Below, in pieces: positions 7,871 through 10,324 of a stretch of 10,324 nucleotides of DNA. The first letter of the stretch is position 1; each line of letters begins with the position of its first letter. Position numbers and translations under genes: made by a program. The notes under the pieces are model-generated. The model searched no databases. It was not told the origin of the DNA and saw only the letters and a list, made by a program, of their open reading frames with translations. This stretch comes from a virus (taxonomy: Duplodnaviria; Heunggongvirae; Uroviricota; Caudoviricetes): the IMG/VR virus record IMGVR_UViG_2648501400_000005. The stretch is one strand, 5' to 3'.

Positions 7871-8089
7871 ATGTTTCATTGTCCTTTATGCCAGCATGCC
7901 GCACATGCGCGTACAAGTCGCTATATCACTGACACGACAAAAGAGCGTTATCACCAGTGTCAGAACGTGAATTGCAGCGCCACGTTCATCACTTATGAGT
8001 CTGTACAGCGATACATTGTGAAGCCGGGAGAAGTCCACGCCGTGAGGCCGCACCCGTTGCCGTCAGGGCAGCAAATTATGTGGATGTAA
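7871..8089 (+). CDS. ogr: Ogr, zinc-finger activator of P2 late transcription (72 aa)
   Basis: MFHCPLCQHAAHARTSRYITDTTKERYHQCQNVNCSATF... has the Cys4 arrangement C-X2-C-X22-C-X4-C of Ogr/Delta proteins. The track ORF begins at a TTG (7808), but the recognisable Ogr N-terminus begins at ATG 7871. Confidence 0.9.
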   Translation: MFHCPLCQHAAHARTSRYITDTTKERYHQCQNVNCSATFITYESVQRYIVKPGEVHAVRPHPLPSGQQIMWM

Positions 8090-8101
8090 TTACAAACAGA
8101 A

Positions 8102-8127
8102 AGCCCCTCAGTCGAGGGGCTTTTTTT
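8102..8127 (+). terminator. Rho-independent terminator downstream of ogr
   Basis: Perfect 7-bp GC-rich stem GCCCCTC/GAGGGGC (8103-8109 and 8114-8120) with loop AGTC, followed by seven T (8121-8127). Confidence 0.75.
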
Positions 8128-8191
8128 GTCGATGTGGTCAATGTGTGGACGTGACCAGAAATAAATCCTTTTATTTCAATTTGTTGTACGT

Positions 8192-8218
8192 AAAAAATAA
8201 GCCCGTGTAAGGGAGATT
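8192..8218. other. Prophage attR core (P2-type att core), overlapping the 3' end of cyaR
   Basis: AAAAAATAAGCCCGTGTAAGGGAGATT matches the 27-nt P2 att core as I recall it. It sits at the boundary between the phage gene ogr and the host gene yegQ. Confidence 0.55.
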
Positions 8219-8278
8219 ACACAGGCTAAGGAGGTGGTTCCTGGTACAGCTAGCATTTTATGGGTTATGTTTTTCAGC
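8192..8278 (-). ncRNA. cyaR: CyaR (RyeE) Hfq-dependent small RNA
   Basis: The reverse complement reads GCTGAAAAACATAACCCATAAAATGCTAGCTGTACCAGGAACCACCTCCTTAGCCTGTGTAATCTCCCTTACACGGGCTTATTTTTT, matching E. coli CyaR as I recall it. It includes the CCUCCUUA anti-SD-like seed and a terminator hairpin plus U-tract. This is the known yegQ-ogr intergenic location. Confidence 0.8.
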
Positions 8279-8312
8279 GAAACGGATGATAACCTTAATA
8301 AATGCAGCTGTA

Positions 8313-8328
8313 TGTGATCGGTTTCTAA
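8313..8328 (-). promoter_or_regulatory. Candidate CRP site (TGTGA-N6-TCTAA) about 42 bp upstream of the cyaR 5' end
   Basis: Perfect TGTGA half-site and a 3/5 second half-site, at class II spacing from the inferred cyaR start at 8278. CyaR is known to be CRP-cAMP activated. Confidence 0.4.
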
Positions 8329-8362
8329 GAATTTTCCATCCGGGAAAAATAATCGAAATTAA

Positions 8363-9724
8363 TCACTTACCGTGGGGGGTACGCGTGGTTTCCCCGGAGA
8401 AATTACGCATCAGCAGCGCGTAATTTAGCTCAAGATCCTGCGGCACCGGGAGCCACACAGTATAACCATCGCCTGGTGCGACCGGCATAGCTTCACCTTT
8501 GGCGTTTTCCATGTGCTCAAGGGTAAAGTTAATGTTGCCTTGCGGCGTCATTAGCTCAAGGCTGTCGCCAACGGAGAATTTATTTTTCACCGCTACCGCC
8601 GCGAGGTCCCCCTTGCGCTCACCGGTAAACTCACCAACAAACTGCTGGCGGTCAGAAACTGAATAACCGTATTCGTAGTTCTGATAATCGTCGTGAGTAT
8701 GACGACGCAGGAAACCTTCGGTATAGCCACGATGCGCCAGACCTTCCAGCGTTTCCAGCAGGCTGGTATCGAACGGTTTGCCCGCAGCGGCGTCATCGAT
8801 AGCTTTACGGTAAACCTGCGCGGTGCGTGCGCAATAGTAGAAAGATTTGGTACGGCCTTCGATTTTCAGCGAATGCACGCCCATTTTGGTCAGGCGTTCA
8901 ACATGGGCGATGGCGCGCAGATCTTTCGAGTTCATGATGTAAGTGCCGTGCTCATCTTCAAACGCGGTCATATACTCGCCCGGACGCTGGGCTTCTTCGA
9001 TCATAAACACTTTGTCGGTTGGCGTGCCGATACCCAGCGTCGGCTCAACATTTTGCACCGGAATCGGCTCGTACTTGTGTACGATGTTGCCAACGTCATC
9101 TTCTTTCCCTTCCTGGACGTTGTACTCCCAGCGGCAGGCGTTGGTGCAGGTGCCCTGGTTCGGGTCGCGCTTGTTGATATAGCCAGAGAGCAGGCAGCGA
9201 CCGGAGTAGGCCATGCACAGCGCGCCGTGAACGAAGATTTCGATTTCCATATCCGGCACCTGATTGCGGATCTCTTCAATCTCTTCCAGTGACAGTTCGC
9301 GAGAGAGGATCACGCGGGTCAGACCCATTTGCTGCCAGAATTTCACCGTCGCCCAGTTTACGGCGTTAGCCTGTACCGAGAGGTGGATTGGCATTTCCGG
9401 GAAGTGCTCACGCACCAGCATAATCAGCCCTGGATCGGACATAATCAGCGCATCCGGCCCCATTTCCACCACCGGTTTCAGGTCACGGATAAAGGTTTTC
9501 AGCTTGGCGTTGTGCGGTGCAATGTTGACCACGACATAAAACTTTTTCCCCAGCGCGTGGGCTTCATTGATGCCGAGCTGAAGATTTTCGTGGTTGAATT
9601 CGTTGTTGCGCACACGCAGGGAGTAACGCGGCTGGCCCGCATAAACAGCATCTGCGCCATAAGCGAAAGCGTAACGCATATTTTTCAGCGTTCCCGCCGG
9701 GGAAAGGAGTTCCGGTTTAAACAT
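8363..9724 (-). CDS. yegQ: Peptidase U32-family protein YegQ (RlhA, 23S rRNA 5-hydroxycytidine synthase)
   Basis: 453-aa ORF MFKPELLSPAGTLKNMRYAFAYGADAVYAGQPRYSLRVRNNEF... recognised as E. coli YegQ. Synteny with cyaR and yegP supports this. Confidence 0.93.
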   Translation of the reverse strand: MFKPELLSPAGTLKNMRYAFAYGADAVYAGQPRYSLRVRNNEFNHENLQLGINEAHALGKKFYVVVNIAPHNAKLKTFIRDLKPVVEMGPDALIMSDPGLIMLVREHFPEMPIHLSVQANAVNWATVKFWQQMGLTRVILSRELSLEEIEEIRNQVPDMEIEIFVHGALCMAYSGRCLLSGYINKRDPNQGTCTNACRWEYNVQEGKEDDVGNIVHKYEPIPVQNVEPTLGIGTPTDKVFMIEEAQRPGEYMTAFEDEHGTYIMNSKDLRAIAHVERLTKMGVHSLKIEGRTKSFYYCARTAQVYRKAIDDAAAGKPFDTSLLETLEGLAHRGYTEGFLRRHTHDDYQNYEYGYSVSDRQQFVGEFTGERKGDLAAVAVKNKFSVGDSLELMTPQGNINFTLEHMENAKGEAMPVAPGDGYTVWLPVPQDLELNYALLMRNFSGETTRTPHGK

Positions 9725-9870
9725 AATTCTCTCGTTCTGATGACAGGTCAGAGCCGCTTCACCTGATGAAGCGGTTAGGGGAGTGCCCCCACTTTAAGGG
9801 CGGGCATTGTAGCGCTGTGGGGGTAACTGGTAAAGCGCCGGACGCCAACAACCTACGCCCGGCATCGTAA

Positions 9871-10203
9871 TTACGTATTGTCTTTCACCGTCTGGCTTGT
9901 GCCATTTGCTTTAACGGAGGCTATTCCGGTTTCACGAGATTGCGCGGTGGCATACATCTGGCTGGAGCCGATAATTTGATGATTGGCGGCTTTCAGATTG
10001 AAATAGAATTTGCCATTGCTTGCCGTTTTTTTCTCATAGCGTTCTTCTTGCGGGCTGTTGCTACGCACCGACGCGATGCCCTTTTCCGCAGAGGCTTTTG
10101 AGGTATACAGCTCGCTGGTGAGGATAGTCTCACCATTGCCCGCTTTTAGCACAAACCGGAACTGATTATCACTGCTCTTACTGAGTTCAAACCAACCAGC
10201 CAT
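9871..10203 (-). CDS. yegP: YegP, UPF0339/DUF1508 tandem-domain protein
   Basis: 110-aa ORF MAGWFELSKSSDNQFRFVLKAGNGETILTSELYTSKASAEKGIASV... with two internal repeats (..FRFVLKAGNGETILTSELYTSKASAEKGIASV.. and ..FYFNLKAANHQIIGSSQMYATAQSRETGIASV..). AAGGAG lies 7 nt upstream of the ATG on the minus strand. Confidence 0.9.
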   Translation of the reverse strand: MAGWFELSKSSDNQFRFVLKAGNGETILTSELYTSKASAEKGIASVRSNSPQEERYEKKTASNGKFYFNLKAANHQIIGSSQMYATAQSRETGIASVKANGTSQTVKDNT

Positions 10204-10324
10204 AATGACTCCTTGATTGAAATTGCGGTAAGCGTCAACGGAGCACCGTATTGACGCTTATTTATTGGTGAGTACTACGTTCCATGGCAGGAGTTCATCA
10301 ACTCGGTTGGAAGGCCATTCCGGC

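Larger units (their letters stand above)
1..8218. mobile_element. P2-like prophage, right-hand portion (tail-fibre switch, invertase, FI-FII-E-E'-T-U-D-ogr, attR); left boundary lies outside the window
   Basis: Gene order, sizes and translations match the P2 tail/late-control module (FI 396 aa, FII 172 aa, E 91 aa, T 815 aa, U 159 aa, D 387 aa, Ogr 72 aa). The segment ends at a sequence I recall as the P2 att core, next to host yegQ. Basis: sequence plus established P2 knowledge. Confidence 0.85.

Noticed and set aside
8228-8262. Strong plus-strand SD-like TAAGGAGGTG followed by an ATG
   Set aside because: This is the complement of the CyaR seed region (CACCUCCUUA). The nearest ATG is about 22 nt away and opens only a 9-codon frame.
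8693-9766. Plus-strand ORFs 8693-9292 (199 aa), 9264-9539 and 9329-9766 (145 aa)
   Set aside because: Antisense to yegQ, whose translation is clearly recognisable. No independent evidence.
10261-10324. Possible 3' end of an upstream minus-strand gene at the right window edge
   Set aside because: Only about 21 codons are open before a stop, and the peptide does not match the C-terminus of BaeR as I recall it (the K-12 upstream neighbour). Too short to call.
1-10324. CRISPR array, toxin-antitoxin pair or defence island
   Set aside because: No direct-repeat/spacer periodicity and no unassigned ORFs. The one cargo position present in this window (between the tail-fibre genes and FI) is occupied by the invertase switch.

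Overview
This window is the right-hand end of a P2-like (Peduovirus-type) prophage joined to E. coli chromosomal genes. From left to right it holds a tail-fibre assembly gene (partial, minus strand), a start-less tail-fibre C-terminal cassette containing a 26-bp hix/gix-like crossover site, a Gin/Pin/Cin-family serine DNA invertase, and then a complete P2-type tail module: FI sheath, FII tube, E and the frameshifted E+E' chaperone, T tape measure, U, D, and the Ogr late activator. The prophage ends at an att core (8192-8218) that overlaps the terminator of the host sRNA CyaR. Host genes yegQ (rlhA) and yegP follow on the minus strand. All substantial coding space is explained by known phage or host genes, and I see no CRISPR array, defence-system cargo or novel gene. 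The points most worth checking are the tail-fibre inversion switch at the position where P2 carries Z/fun, the E/E' frameshift site, and the prophage-host junction inside cyaR. Protein and site identifications rest on reading the translations and on recalled family sequences, not on a database search.
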